Assembly (NCBI GenBank): GCA_963700635.1
Contig: CAVOYH010000004.1
Coordinates: 384,001-448,000, forward strand
Origin: an uncultured Bacteroidota bacterium
GTDB lineage: Bacteria > Bacteroidota > Ignavibacteria > UBA10030 > UBA6906
Length of the DNA: 64,000 bases
Direction: 5' to 3'
How positions within the stretch are numbered: the first letter of the stretch is position 1; the number at the start of each line of letters is the position of its first letter. A program made the translations under genes and the position numbers. Below, piece after piece: positions 27,593 through 37,771 of the stretch. Below the pieces are notes generated by a model. It saw only the letters and a program-made list of their open reading frames with translations, was not told the origin of the DNA and ran no database searches.

Positions 27593-29785
27593 ATGATGAG
27601 TCTTCTCTTTTCACCGCACGATCGTCGGTCGGTGTCTCCGTTACAACTCGTGCTGTGTGCCGCTTTGCTCTTCTCCACCGGAGTACAACCCGGACTGGCT
27701 GACGAAGGGATGTTTCCCCTCACAGAACTGAAGGCGCTGGATCTGCGCGCCAGAGGACTCACCATCAGTGCGGATGAGCTGTACAATCCGCAGGGAGTGA
27801 GCCTGATTGATGCCATCGTGAATATCGGGGGATGTACGGGTTCATTCGTTTCGCAGGACGGACTTATCCTGACAAACCATCATTGTGCCTTCCCCGCCGT
27901 TCAGGCTGCGAGTACCCCGGCAAAAGACTATGTCACACACGGGTTTCTGGCACACCAACGACATGAAGAAATTCGTGCCAGGGGAAATACCGTTCGTATC
28001 ATTGAGTCGTACCGTGACGTATCCGATGAAGTGCTGGAGGTACTGGCTGATTCAATGTCGCCGGGAGAACGGACGCGGGCGCTTTCTTCACGGACCAAGG
28101 CCATTGTGGCCGAAACAGAAAACCGGCACCCGGGAAAGCGAGCCGAGGTGGCGGAGATGTTCGCCGGGCGAACCTATGTGCTTTTTGTCTATATCTACCT
28201 GCGTGACGTCCGCCTGGTGTATGTCCCGCCCCGCGGAATTGGGGATTTTGGCGGGGAGGAAGACAACTGGATGTGGCCGCGGCACACGGGGGATTTTGCG
28301 TTCATGCGCGCATATGTCGGGCCCGATGGAGCCCCGGCAGACTATGCGCCCGGGAATATTCCCTTCCGGCCGAAAAAGTGGTTGCGTATCCAGCCAGACG
28401 GTGTCAATGAAGAAGATGCGGTGTTTATCTTGGGATACCCGGGGAGAACATACCGTCACCGGACATCACATTTTCTGGCCTACGAAGAGGAGGGCCGGCT
28501 CCCGGCAGTTGCGGGCCTGTACGAATGGCAGATAGCGACAATCCGCCGGCTGGGTGCAGCCGACCGGAGTGTTGAGCTGAAATACGACGCACGCGTAAAA
28601 TCACTTTCGAACACTGCAAAGAACTCCCGCGGTAAGCTCCAGGGACTCCAGCGTCTCCACCTTGTACAGTCAAAACGCGACGAAGAAAAAAGGATGCAGG
28701 AATTTATCCTTGCCGATACACGGCTGCGCGAGCAGTATGGCACCATGCTCCAGGATATCGCCGGGGTGTACGAGGCCATGACGGCGACAGCAGCTGCGGA
28801 AGTGTTGCTGGACAATCTCCGCAGCAGCACGATCTCCCTCTCCCTTGCATTCACCGCCACCCAAGGTGCCAGAGAATTGCGCAAGCCCGATCTTCAGCGT
28901 GATGCTCCCTTCATGGAAAGAAACCTGGCGCGTACGAAGGATGGCGTGCGCCTGAGTCTGCAGAATTTTTATGAACCTATCGACAGAGCGTTGTTTGCCG
29001 AGACGCTGCGTCGGCTCCGCAACCTGCCACAGACACAACACCATGGGATCCTGGATTCGCTGTTTTCAGAGATAGAACAGCAGGGTGGCACAGACCGCTG
29101 GATGGAACAACTCTACGCGCGCGCAACACTGCGAACGCCGGAAGCCGTGTTTGCGCTTATGGATGGATCCCCGGAAGAAGCGGACCGATCACCGGACCCA
29201 TTTGTCGGCCTGGCCCGGCGACTCGCCCCCGTCTACCAGATGCTGAAAGAGCAGCGCCAGGAGCGGGAAGGCAGGCTCACGCGCCTTCATGCCGGCCTTG
29301 TCGAAGTAAAACAGGCCTTCCAGAAGACGACGTTCATTCCTGATGCAAATAGCACGCTTCGCTTCACATTCGGGCGCGTCCGGGGTTATGCTCCGGCTGA
29401 CGCAACGCTGTTCAGGCCGATTACAACGTTAAAGGGAATCGTCGAAAAAACGACAGGCGTCGAACCATTCCACGCGCCCGACAAACTGCTTGCGCTGTAC
29501 CGGGCACGATTGTTCGGGAGATATGCGCACACGTCCCTGGGCTCTGTCCCTGTGGCCCTCCTGTACAACCTTGATACCACCGGGGGGAACTCAGGGAGTC
29601 CGCTTCTGAATGCGGCCGGTGAACTGGTCGGCGTAAACTTCGACAGAACGCTCGAAGCGACAATCAATGACTATGCCTGGAGTGAGGAGTACAGCCGCTC
29701 CATCGCCGTGGACATCCGCTACGTTCTGTGGGTTACCGAATTTATAGGGGGTGCACAGAACGTGCTTCAGGAGCTCGGCGTCTGA
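27593..29785 (+). CDS. peptidase S46 (dipeptidyl peptidase 7/11 family)
   Basis: ADEGMF, GGCTGSFVS..LTNHHC, NWMWPRHTGDF, PDANSTLR, TTGGNSGSP. Confidence 0.95.
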   Translation: MMSLLFSPHDRRSVSPLQLVLCAALLFSTGVQPGLADEGMFPLTELKALDLRARGLTISADELYNPQGVSLIDAIVNIGGCTGSFVSQDGLILTNHHCAFPAVQAASTPAKDYVTHGFLAHQRHEEIRARGNTVRIIESYRDVSDEVLEVLADSMSPGERTRALSSRTKAIVAETENRHPGKRAEVAEMFAGRTYVLFVYIYLRDVRLVYVPPRGIGDFGGEEDNWMWPRHTGDFAFMRAYVGPDGAPADYAPGNIPFRPKKWLRIQPDGVNEEDAVFILGYPGRTYRHRTSHFLAYEEEGRLPAVAGLYEWQIATIRRLGAADRSVELKYDARVKSLSNTAKNSRGKLQGLQRLHLVQSKRDEEKRMQEFILADTRLREQYGTMLQDIAGVYEAMTATAAAEVLLDNLRSSTISLSLAFTATQGARELRKPDLQRDAPFMERNLARTKDGVRLSLQNFYEPIDRALFAETLRRLRNLPQTQHHGILDSLFSEIEQQGGTDRWMEQLYARATLRTPEAVFALMDGSPEEADRSPDPFVGLARRLAPVYQMLKEQRQEREGRLTRLHAGLVEVKQAFQKTTFIPDANSTLRFTFGRVRGYAPADATLFRPITTLKGIVEKTTGVEPFHAPDKLLALYRARLFGRYAHTSLGSVPVALLYNLDTTGGNSGSPLLNAAGELVGVNFDRTLEATINDYAWSEEYSRSIAVDIRYVLWVTEFIGGAQNVLQELGV

Positions 29786-29837
29786 GAGCTCCGTAACAGC
29801 AGCAATAACAACCGGTTCTGGCCCCATGCACAAAAGC

Positions 29838-29866
29838 TTGAAAACGTCAGGCACGGTTGGTATCTT
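29838..29866 (+). promoter_or_regulatory. putative sigma70 promoter
   Basis: TTGAAA-N17-TATCTT; its position favours ATG 29891 over GTG 29870 as the start. Confidence 0.55.
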
Positions 29867-29890
29867 TATGTGAACACTCCGATCCTTCAA

Positions 29891-31981
29891 ATGAACATGC
29901 CACTTCGCATCCTGCTCTCCCGTGCTGTACGCACATGCATGTGGACCTGTCTGTGCTCTTCTCTCCTCTTTTCCCAGCCGGGGACAGACGGGGAGCCCTT
30001 TCTTTTGACCGGACACACCGATGCCGTCCTCGCACTCACATTCAGCCCCGACGGCAAGTTCCTTGTGAGCGGGGGGAAGGATGAATCCCTGCGGATCTGG
30101 GAACGAAAAGGCGCCGTGTATGAACCCGGCACCGTCCTTGATGCAGGGCGTACGATCCGTACTGTAACGTTCTCGGCGGATGGCCGCATGTGCATCGAGG
30201 GCGGAGACCGGGTGCGTGATACGGACAACCATCTCGGTATCTGGTATGCAGGAGGTGCGTCGCTCAGCACTAGAGTGTTGGACGATACGTGGAACGTCGA
30301 CGTCCTGGCTCTCGCGCTCAATGGCAAACGAAAAGCTATTGCCTGTGGACTCGGCGACTATACGATAAAAGTCGTGGATGCAACAACCCTTCGCGCTCTG
30401 TCGCGACTGGAAGGTCACGTGGGAGAGGTGCAGGCCGTTGCGTACAACCATGACGGGACGATTCTGGCTACCGGCGGCGAAGGGGGGGCTATCCTGCTCT
30501 GGAATGCCGCAACGGGCAAGCTCACCGCGACGCTCGCCGGGCATGCTGGCGAGGTGCTGGCGCTGGCCTTTCACCCGAACGGGAAAGTACTCGCTTCAGC
30601 CGGGTCCGATCAACAGATTATTCTGTGGAATGTTGCAAGCAGATCAATCACGAAATCGTTGCTGGGGCACACCGACGATGTGACATGCCTTGCGTTTAGC
30701 CCCGACGGAAAGATGCTGGCATCGGGAAGCCTGGATTACACGGTGAGACTCTGGTCGGCGGACACGGGCACGGAGCTGAGAATTCTTCCCGGCCATGAGG
30801 ACGCGGTGTACGGTGTGGCCTTCGCACCCTCGGGCGGCCTGCTGGCGAGTGCAGGCGGAGATGAGATCATCCGGCTCTGGAATCTCACACCGGGTAAGCG
30901 AAAGATACCCCCTCCCGTGGCAGATATCCCCCAGACCGACATAGCCGACAAAATCCCGGCGCGGATTACACTTCTGGAACCATCTCCCTCGCGCGGCATG
31001 AAGGTCGTGCAGCAACAGGAGAAGGTCACAATCAAGGGTAAAGTAACGCCTGCAGCAGGGATCCAGAAAGTATACGTCAATGAGAAGGAAGCCCGGCTTG
31101 TGAAAAACGGCGAGTTCTCGATCCCTGTCCTTCTGGAGGAAGGGGAGAACGTCATGACGATCCGTGCTGTGGACAAGAAACAGAATGCGGTCGAGGAAAC
31201 ATTCACTGTTACCCGTGAGTCACCCTCTGTCGCCCGCCAGCTTGTGGCACGCCGCGGCAAGGAGTACGCTCTTCTGTTTGCGCTGGACGAATACGATGAA
31301 TGGAGACCGCTCACAAATCCCGTCAATGATGCCAAGGCAATCGCGGCGGAATTACGGTCGTCATATGGATTTGAGACGGAGTTGCTCTCGAACCCGACCC
31401 AGGCGGAAATCCTCTCAACGCTGCGTTCATATGCCGCACGGACGTATGCCGACGGTGATCAGTTGCTGCTTTTTATTGCGGGGCACGGCCAGTTTGATGA
31501 GGTTCTGGGGGACGGGTACATTGTGGGCCGCGATTCCCGGTTGCGTGATGACATCAAGACCAGCTATATTTCCCATTCCACGTTACGCACCGTGATTAAC
31601 AACATCCCCTGCAGGCATATCCTTCTTATTGTCGATGCCTGCTTCGGAGGCACGTTTGATCCGTTGATCGCCGCAAATCAGAGAGGTGATGACGAATACA
31701 GCCAGGTGACGAAGACAGAATTTATTGAGAGGAAACTGCGCTTCAAGACACGGCGTTTTCTCACCTCAGGGGGGAAGGAATATGTTCCTGATGGCCGGCC
31801 CGGACAACATTCGCCATTCACGCGCCGTTTTCTGGAAGCCCTACGCAGTTACGGTGGGAAGGATGGTATCCTGACACTCGGTGAAGTTCATCAATACATT
31901 GAAAAGGTCACACCTGAACCGCGGGGGGGAGAATTCGGCTCCAACGATCCTGGTAGTGACTTCCTGTTCATCGCACGCTAG
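29891..31981 (+). CDS. WD40 repeat + Ig-like + caspase-family (C14) domain protein
   Basis: Five clear GH...W repeats plus degenerate ones; Ig-like LEEGENVMTIRAVD; L.NPVNDA, FIAGHG and VDACFGG His/Cys dyad; HSPFT. Confidence 0.88.
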   Translation: MNMPLRILLSRAVRTCMWTCLCSSLLFSQPGTDGEPFLLTGHTDAVLALTFSPDGKFLVSGGKDESLRIWERKGAVYEPGTVLDAGRTIRTVTFSADGRMCIEGGDRVRDTDNHLGIWYAGGASLSTRVLDDTWNVDVLALALNGKRKAIACGLGDYTIKVVDATTLRALSRLEGHVGEVQAVAYNHDGTILATGGEGGAILLWNAATGKLTATLAGHAGEVLALAFHPNGKVLASAGSDQQIILWNVASRSITKSLLGHTDDVTCLAFSPDGKMLASGSLDYTVRLWSADTGTELRILPGHEDAVYGVAFAPSGGLLASAGGDEIIRLWNLTPGKRKIPPPVADIPQTDIADKIPARITLLEPSPSRGMKVVQQQEKVTIKGKVTPAAGIQKVYVNEKEARLVKNGEFSIPVLLEEGENVMTIRAVDKKQNAVEETFTVTRESPSVARQLVARRGKEYALLFALDEYDEWRPLTNPVNDAKAIAAELRSSYGFETELLSNPTQAEILSTLRSYAARTYADGDQLLLFIAGHGQFDEVLGDGYIVGRDSRLRDDIKTSYISHSTLRTVINNIPCRHILLIVDACFGGTFDPLIAANQRGDDEYSQVTKTEFIERKLRFKTRRFLTSGGKEYVPDGRPGQHSPFTRRFLEALRSYGGKDGILTLGEVHQYIEKVTPEPRGGEFGSNDPGSDFLFIAR

Positions 31982-31996
31982 TTCACCGCGAATTCC

Positions 31997-33541
31997 ATGC
32001 GCTCTCTTTTCGTATTGCTCATCCCGTGCATGATGTCTGCTCAGGCCCCCGACTGGGTAACCGGTATGGGGGGCGGGGCAACGTATCCTTCCTCGACGTA
32101 CCTCACCGGTTTTGGCATCGCCCAGCTGAAGGCAGGGAAACCCCGGAATGAAGTTCTGGAAGAGGCCGTGAACGGCGCCCTCCGGAACGCTGCTGAAAAA
32201 GTGCGTGTGTCCATTCTTGGTACGGTCGAATTGCGGACAGAAGAACGGGACACTTCATTAAGTCAATATTTCAGCACCGTGACACAATCCCGGACCACTC
32301 TGGAGCTGGAGGGATTGGACAGCAAGACGTATCTTGACGACAAAGCGGGGCTTCTGTACGCTCTGGTCTTTGCCCGCCGGGACCAGTTGTTCGATCGATA
32401 TAACCGGACTGCCGGTCTGTTACGGGCGCGGCTTGCCGTCCTTCTGAAGAGCGGAAGAGCTGCTGCGGCGGCCAATGATCTTGCCAACGCGCTGACGAGT
32501 TATCTTCAGGTTTTGCCACTCTTCCGGCAGATCGAAGAGCTCGAAGGAATCTTGATGGTCCTTCGCGAGAGCAGCCCGGGGCAGATGGAGAAGACATCCG
32601 CCTCCGCACGCCATGACGCAGAGCTGACTGCTTCCGTCGAACAGGAGATGGTACGGTTACTTCAGCGGCCGGTACGAACACTTGATGATGCCGCCACCCT
32701 CCTTACCCATATTCTCGCCGGGCAACTCGGGGAGAAACACCTCACGATGGGCATTGAGCCCCCTTCTTTTCAGGACACACGATCTGGAAGTCCGTTCTCC
32801 CGGTATCTGCATGAATCACTTCTCAGCAGTGCCGCATCGATCCCCTCGTGGGAAGTCCACGCCGCAGAAGCACCGCTTCGTGTGCGCGGCGTGCAGGAAG
32901 GCGACCGGATCCTCGTCCGGGGGACCTATTGGGATGTGGCCGGCGGAGTGCGCGTTCGCATCATTGCGCGAAAGGCCCCCGGCGGTACGATTGTTGGGAG
33001 CGCCTCCGTGACAATTGCCGAAGCGATTGTTGATGCTTCCGGGCTTGCTACGACGCCGGCGAATTTCTCAGAGGTCGCACACGACCTCCGGAAGATTGAA
33101 CATGAAACTGCCCCTCATGGTGGACTCCAGCTGGAGTTGTGGACCAACAAAGGCGAAGAGAATCCGGTGTTCGTCCGCGGTGAAAGAATGCGCGTCTTTG
33201 TGCGGGCAAATATGCCGTGCGTTGTACGTCTGATCTATCATCTGGCCGACGGACAGCGGACACTGTTGCTTGATGAGTACCGGATCACAGCCGGCGCGGT
33301 GCGGAATGCCATTCGCGTCCCGGGTGAGTTTGAATGTGATGCTCCCTACGGGGCTGAGATCCTCCAGGCCTTCGCCTCAACCACAACCCTTCCGCGTCTG
33401 GCGGTCGAGCAACGCGGGGGTTACGCCTACATAACGGGCACCCTCGATGCGTTGTTACGCACCTCCCGAGCCCAATCCACACCGGGCTCCGGGTCACTCA
33501 CCGCTGAAGCCCGGGTGGTGGTGACAACTATGCCGGAATAA
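31997..33541 (+). CDS. exported protein, LPP20-like N-terminus and DUF4384-like C-terminus
   Basis: Signal peptide then APDWV..YLTGFG; C-terminal LWTNKG..GERMRVFVRAN..APYGAEILQAFAS. Confidence 0.6.
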   Translation: MRSLFVLLIPCMMSAQAPDWVTGMGGGATYPSSTYLTGFGIAQLKAGKPRNEVLEEAVNGALRNAAEKVRVSILGTVELRTEERDTSLSQYFSTVTQSRTTLELEGLDSKTYLDDKAGLLYALVFARRDQLFDRYNRTAGLLRARLAVLLKSGRAAAAANDLANALTSYLQVLPLFRQIEELEGILMVLRESSPGQMEKTSASARHDAELTASVEQEMVRLLQRPVRTLDDAATLLTHILAGQLGEKHLTMGIEPPSFQDTRSGSPFSRYLHESLLSSAASIPSWEVHAAEAPLRVRGVQEGDRILVRGTYWDVAGGVRVRIIARKAPGGTIVGSASVTIAEAIVDASGLATTPANFSEVAHDLRKIEHETAPHGGLQLELWTNKGEENPVFVRGERMRVFVRANMPCVVRLIYHLADGQRTLLLDEYRITAGAVRNAIRVPGEFECDAPYGAEILQAFASTTTLPRLAVEQRGGYAYITGTLDALLRTSRAQSTPGSGSLTAEARVVVTTMPE

Positions 33542-33634
33542 TCTGCCAGAAGAAAGTGTGTCCGCTGCTGGACTCTGAGCGTGCCGTTTCGTAAATTTCA
33601 GTAATAACACTTCTTTTCATATGTGGAATGTCCC

Positions 33635-33928
33635 ATGGAATTAGGGCGCGTCGAAGGCACGATTGTTTCTACTGCCAAAACAGGCCGGCTCAAGGGCTAC
33701 AAGCTCCTGCTGATCAATCTGATCGGACCCGATGCGTCACCCGGCAGTAACCATGTCGTCGCCGTAGACGCCGTAGGCGCAGGAGAGGGAGAAGTTGTTA
33801 TTGTTGTGCGCGGCAGTTCCGCCCGGCAGGTTGATGACCTTTCCAATATCCCCACCGATACCAGCATCGTGGCTATCGTTGATTCCATCGAGTATAGGGG
33901 CAAAACCGTCTTCCGGAAGAGTTCCTGA
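33635..33928 (+). CDS. BMC vertex pentamer (EutN/CcmL family) 1
   Basis: MELGRVEGTIVST.K, VAVDAVGAGEGEVV..GSSAR, D.SIVAIVD. Confidence 0.95.
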   Translation: MELGRVEGTIVSTAKTGRLKGYKLLLINLIGPDASPGSNHVVAVDAVGAGEGEVVIVVRGSSARQVDDLSNIPTDTSIVAIVDSIEYRGKTVFRKSS

Positions 33929-34201
33929 ATGAAACTCGGGAAAGTGACCGGTAAAGTCTGGGCTACCATCAAGGATCCCAAACTCAACGGTATTCCCCTT
34001 TTCGTTATGCAGCCCGTGGACGAGTCAGGCAATGCCCTGGGAAACGAACTGATTGCCGCGGATACCATCGGGTCGCGCGAAGGCGATCTCGTGTTTTGGG
34101 TTGGCGGAGCAGAGGCAACGTTCGTTTTCCCCCAACGACAGATTCCAAGTGACGTTTCCATCGTGGGTCTGGTGGATCGACTCGACCTTCAAGACGACTG
34201 A
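33929..34201 (+). CDS. BMC vertex pentamer (EutN/CcmL family) 2
   Basis: MKLGKVTGKVWATIK, AADTIGSREGD, DVSIVGLVD. Confidence 0.93.
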   Translation: MKLGKVTGKVWATIKDPKLNGIPLFVMQPVDESGNALGNELIAADTIGSREGDLVFWVGGAEATFVFPQRQIPSDVSIVGLVDRLDLQDD

Positions 34202-34205
34202 AACC

Positions 34206-34490
34206 ATGATCCTCTGCAAAGTAGTTGGCAATATTGTCTCCACCGTCAAGCATAATGCATACCGGAACGCGAAAATCATGCTTGTGCGGCCGGTCAGTCC
34301 TGACGGGGTTACAAAATCAGGAACAATGGTGGCCGTGGATACCGTGGGAGCCGGGGAGGGCAATATTGTTCTGGTGGCATCGGAGGGCCGGGCCGCGATG
34401 GAGATTCTCGGGTTTACCGCCCGCCAGCCCCTTCGCAGCGTGATTGTAGGCATTGTCGATCATATCGAATATGACCGGAAGCGTGAATGA
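34206..34490 (+). CDS. BMC vertex pentamer (EutN/CcmL family) 3
   Basis: MILCKVVGNIVSTVK, VAVDTVGAGEG, EGRAA, IVGIVD; start ATG 34206. Confidence 0.93.
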   Translation: MILCKVVGNIVSTVKHNAYRNAKIMLVRPVSPDGVTKSGTMVAVDTVGAGEGNIVLVASEGRAAMEILGFTARQPLRSVIVGIVDHIEYDRKRE

Positions 34491-35143
34491 GACCAGAGGA
34501 ATTGCGGCCCTATGTGGAGCGTGCGGTGCGCGAGGCGATCGAACGTCAGCTGTCATCACCTTCACATAACAAGGTGCCGCTGAACATTTCGGCGCGCCAT
34601 CTGCATATCCGCCAGGATCATCTGGAAATGCTGTTTGGTGCCGGGACCCAGCTCACAAAGCTGAGAGATCTGCTGCAGCCGGGAGAATTCGCCGCAAACG
34701 AAACCGTCACGGTTGTCGGCCACAACCGCCGTGTGTTCGAGCAGGTACGTATTCTTGGACCTGTGCGGAAAGCGACGCAGGTGGAGCTCTCGTATACAGA
34801 TGGACGGTATCTGGGAATGGATCTCCCGGCGCGCGTGTCGGGCGACATCGCCGGTACGCATCCGGTCGTCCTGGTCGGTCCAAAAGGATCACTCTATCTT
34901 CCGGAGGGGGTGATTCGGGCGTTGCGCCATATTCACTGCAGCGAAGAAGACGCCCTCCGCCTCGGTCTGCGCAACGGTCAGATGGTGAATGTCCGAACAA
35001 CAGGGCCTATGGCGGTCACGCTCCACCAGGTGTTACTCAGGGTGGGGAAGAATGCGCGCAGGGAAATGCACATCGATACAGACGAAGCGAACGCAGCAGG
35101 GCTGGGGGCCGGGGCAACGGGAGAGATTGTGAAGGAAACCTGA
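34487..35143 (+). CDS. pduL: PduL-type phosphotransacylase with N-terminal encapsulation peptide
   Basis: SARHLH, L.QPGEFAA, VRILGPVR..TQVE, RHIH, MHIDTDEANA; N-terminal amphipathic helix. Confidence 0.93.
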   Translation: MRPEELRPYVERAVREAIERQLSSPSHNKVPLNISARHLHIRQDHLEMLFGAGTQLTKLRDLLQPGEFAANETVTVVGHNRRVFEQVRILGPVRKATQVELSYTDGRYLGMDLPARVSGDIAGTHPVVLVGPKGSLYLPEGVIRALRHIHCSEEDALRLGLRNGQMVNVRTTGPMAVTLHQVLLRVGKNARREMHIDTDEANAAGLGAGATGEIVKET

Positions 35144-35181
35144 TCAAACAGGGTGAATTGAGAATACTGACGTGAGGTTGC

Positions 35182-36603
35182 GTGATAGACCAGAAAAGTA
35201 TCACTGACATTGTGGAAACTGTGGTTGCCCGCCTGAAAGCGGAAGGAGTGGCGGGAACCGGTCCCCCTCCGGTCGCACATGGTTCTGGCGTCTTTGAACG
35301 GATAGAGGATGCGATTGCAGCGGCCCGTGATGCACAACCCCAGTGGGCTTCTACCCCCCGGGCCGTCAAAGAGCGCGTCATCACGGCGCTGCGCAATGTG
35401 ATGCATGCCCATGCGGAAGATCTTGCCCGCCGGGAATGGGAAGAGACAGGGCTCGGACGTGTTGAAGACAAAGTGGTGAAAATTCACAATGCTGCAAATG
35501 CCACCCCCGGGTGTGAGGACCTTGACACACGCTCCTGGAGTGGCGACAAGGGACTGGTAGTCGAAGAGTTCGCCCCCTACGGCGTTGTCGCCGCCGTGAC
35601 ACCGTCGACCCACCCTGTCCCTGTACTGTTTAACAGTCTCGTCATTATCATCGCCTCAGGGAATACCGTTGTGTTTAACGTCCATCCCGCGGCGAAACAG
35701 GTATCCGCTCACGCCCTGAAGCTGTTCCACCGTGCCATCTGCGAGAATGGCGGGCCTTCGCATGTCGCCACCATGGTTGCCGAACCAACAATCGAGAGCG
35801 CGAATACACTTTTTCGCGAACGCTCGATCCGTCTCATCGGAGCTACCGGCGGACCCGGCCTGGTAAAATCGGCGTTCAGCTCAGGCAAAAAGGTTATCGC
35901 GGCCGGACCCGGCAATCCTCCGGTTCTCGTGGATGAAACGGCCGACCTGGACATGGCTGCAAAGCACGTTATCGAGGGGGCCTCGTTCGATAACAACATC
36001 CTCTGCATCGCCGAGAAAGAGGCTTTTGTGGTTGATGGGGTCTATCGCCAGTTCCTGGATGCGCTCGCACGACACGGAGCGGTGCGACTGACCCGCGAAC
36101 AAATCCAGACGCTTGCGCGGAAGGTTTTCCTGAAGAATGAGCGGGGGGAAGTGCAGACCAGCCGCGAGTTCGTCGGCAAAAATGCCAATGTCCTGGCCCG
36201 CGCCGTCGGGATAACACTTCCTGACAGTGCCCGTCTTCTGTACGGCGAAGCGGAGTTTGACTGTGAGTTCGTCCAGGAAGAACAAATGATGCCGTACCTT
36301 CCCGTGGTGCGTGTCCGCGATGTTGATGAAGGTATCAGCCTCGCACACAAGGCAGAACACCGGTACGGACACACCGCGATGATTCATTCCAACAATCTTG
36401 AAACCATCACGCGGTTTAGCAGAACTCTGAACACATCGATTATCGTCGTGAACGGTTCCAGTCTCGTCGGGCTCGGCGGCTTGGCGGGCGAAGGAACATT
36501 CTCGCATACTGTTTCGAGTCCGACCGGTGAGGGGGTCTGTACTCCCCGCCATTTTGCCCGTACGCGGCGTCTGGCATTTGGAAAGAGTCTTCATTTCGTC
36601 TGA
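35182..36603 (+). CDS. CoA-acylating aldehyde dehydrogenase (EutE/PduP family) with encapsulation peptide
   Basis: ETGLGRVEDK, ATGGPGLV, AGPGNPP, SFDNNILCIAEKE, PTGEG; N-terminal SITDIVETVVARL. Confidence 0.93.
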   Translation: MIDQKSITDIVETVVARLKAEGVAGTGPPPVAHGSGVFERIEDAIAAARDAQPQWASTPRAVKERVITALRNVMHAHAEDLARREWEETGLGRVEDKVVKIHNAANATPGCEDLDTRSWSGDKGLVVEEFAPYGVVAAVTPSTHPVPVLFNSLVIIIASGNTVVFNVHPAAKQVSAHALKLFHRAICENGGPSHVATMVAEPTIESANTLFRERSIRLIGATGGPGLVKSAFSSGKKVIAAGPGNPPVLVDETADLDMAAKHVIEGASFDNNILCIAEKEAFVVDGVYRQFLDALARHGAVRLTREQIQTLARKVFLKNERGEVQTSREFVGKNANVLARAVGITLPDSARLLYGEAEFDCEFVQEEQMMPYLPVVRVRDVDEGISLAHKAEHRYGHTAMIHSNNLETITRFSRTLNTSIIVVNGSSLVGLGGLAGEGTFSHTVSSPTGEGVCTPRHFARTRRLAFGKSLHFV

Positions 36604-36686
36604 CGATTGATGCAGTACTCTGACGATGAACACTAAACGTAAGAAACGACAATACTTCACATTTTCTCACACCTAGGAGCACTCAC

Positions 36687-36974
36687 ATGGCAATGGAAGC
36701 ACTTGGAATGATCGAAACCCGCGGACTTGTCGGGTCTATCGAGGCGGCGGATGCAATGGTCAAAGCCGCGCGCGTACAGCTTATCGGCAAGGTGCTTGTC
36801 GGTGGCGGACTCGTGACCATTTTTGTTCGCGGTGATGTCGCGGCGTGTAAGGCGGCGACGGATGCCGGTGCGGCAGCAGCACAGCGGGTCGGTGAGCTGG
36901 TCAGCTCCCATGTGATTCCGCGTCCGCATGATGAAATCGAAACCATTCTCCCTCAGCGGACTGACAAAGCATAA
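36687..36974 (+). CDS. BMC hexamer shell protein (EutM/PduA-like)
   Basis: [39 protein letters not shown]. Confidence 0.97.
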   Translation: MAMEALGMIETRGLVGSIEAADAMVKAARVQLIGKVLVGGGLVTIFVRGDVAACKAATDAGAAAAQRVGELVSSHVIPRPHDEIETILPQRTDKA

Positions 36975-36985
36975 GGAATCTTCAG

Positions 36986-37771
36986 GTGAACAACCTGCTT
37001 ACCCTGAAACGGGACCTTGTTGAAGTTGGCCGCCGTGTGTACGCACGCGGTTATGTTGCGTCCAACGACGGAAATATCAGTGCACGACTTGACGAAAAAC
37101 GTGTTGTCATTACCCCGACCGGCGTCAGCAAAGGGTTTATGACGCCCGAAGATATGACGGTTGTGGACCTGGAAGGGAAGGTGCTCTCCGGAACCCGAAA
37201 ACCATCGTCCGAAGTGTACATGCATCTTGCCGTCTACAAAAACCGGCCGGATATCCACAGCGTGTGTCATGCACATCCCCCGTATGCGACCGGATTTGCC
37301 GTGGCGGGGATCCCCCTGGACAAATGTATCCTCCCCGAAGTGGTGATTGTCCTGGGCGGTATTCCCCTCGTGGAGTATGGAACGCCCGGTACCGAAGATT
37401 TCTTCAGGCCCGTCCTCAAGATTCTCGACAAGTACGATGCGTTCCTGCTGGCGAACCACGGTGCGCTCACCATCGGCAAGGATATCTATAACGCCTACTA
37501 CAAGATGGAAACGCTTGAGCACTTCGCCCACATTGCCTTTGTCGCCGAACAGCTCGGTCACATGACGGTGCTGAACAGAGATCAGGTGCAGAAACTGACT
37601 GATCTCAGGCAGAAGTTCGGGATCCGGACAAGCGTCGGTTGCGTAACATGTGATGATGATGCGTCAACCTGCGCCGCACCCGACCCCGAACCGCCGGCCG
37701 GAGGGCAGGACAATGAGTCGCTCATCCGGAGCATCACCGATGCGGTCATGAAGAAACTCCAGCAGTCGTAA
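36986..37771 (+). CDS. class II aldolase (FucA-like) with C-terminal encapsulation peptide
   Basis: DGNIS, ITPTG, PSSE..MH, VCHAHPPYAT, LLANHG; C-terminal SLIRSITDAVMKKL. Confidence 0.92.
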   Translation: MNNLLTLKRDLVEVGRRVYARGYVASNDGNISARLDEKRVVITPTGVSKGFMTPEDMTVVDLEGKVLSGTRKPSSEVYMHLAVYKNRPDIHSVCHAHPPYATGFAVAGIPLDKCILPEVVIVLGGIPLVEYGTPGTEDFFRPVLKILDKYDAFLLANHGALTIGKDIYNAYYKMETLEHFAHIAFVAEQLGHMTVLNRDQVQKLTDLRQKFGIRTSVGCVTCDDDASTCAAPDPEPPAGGQDNESLIRSITDAVMKKLQQS

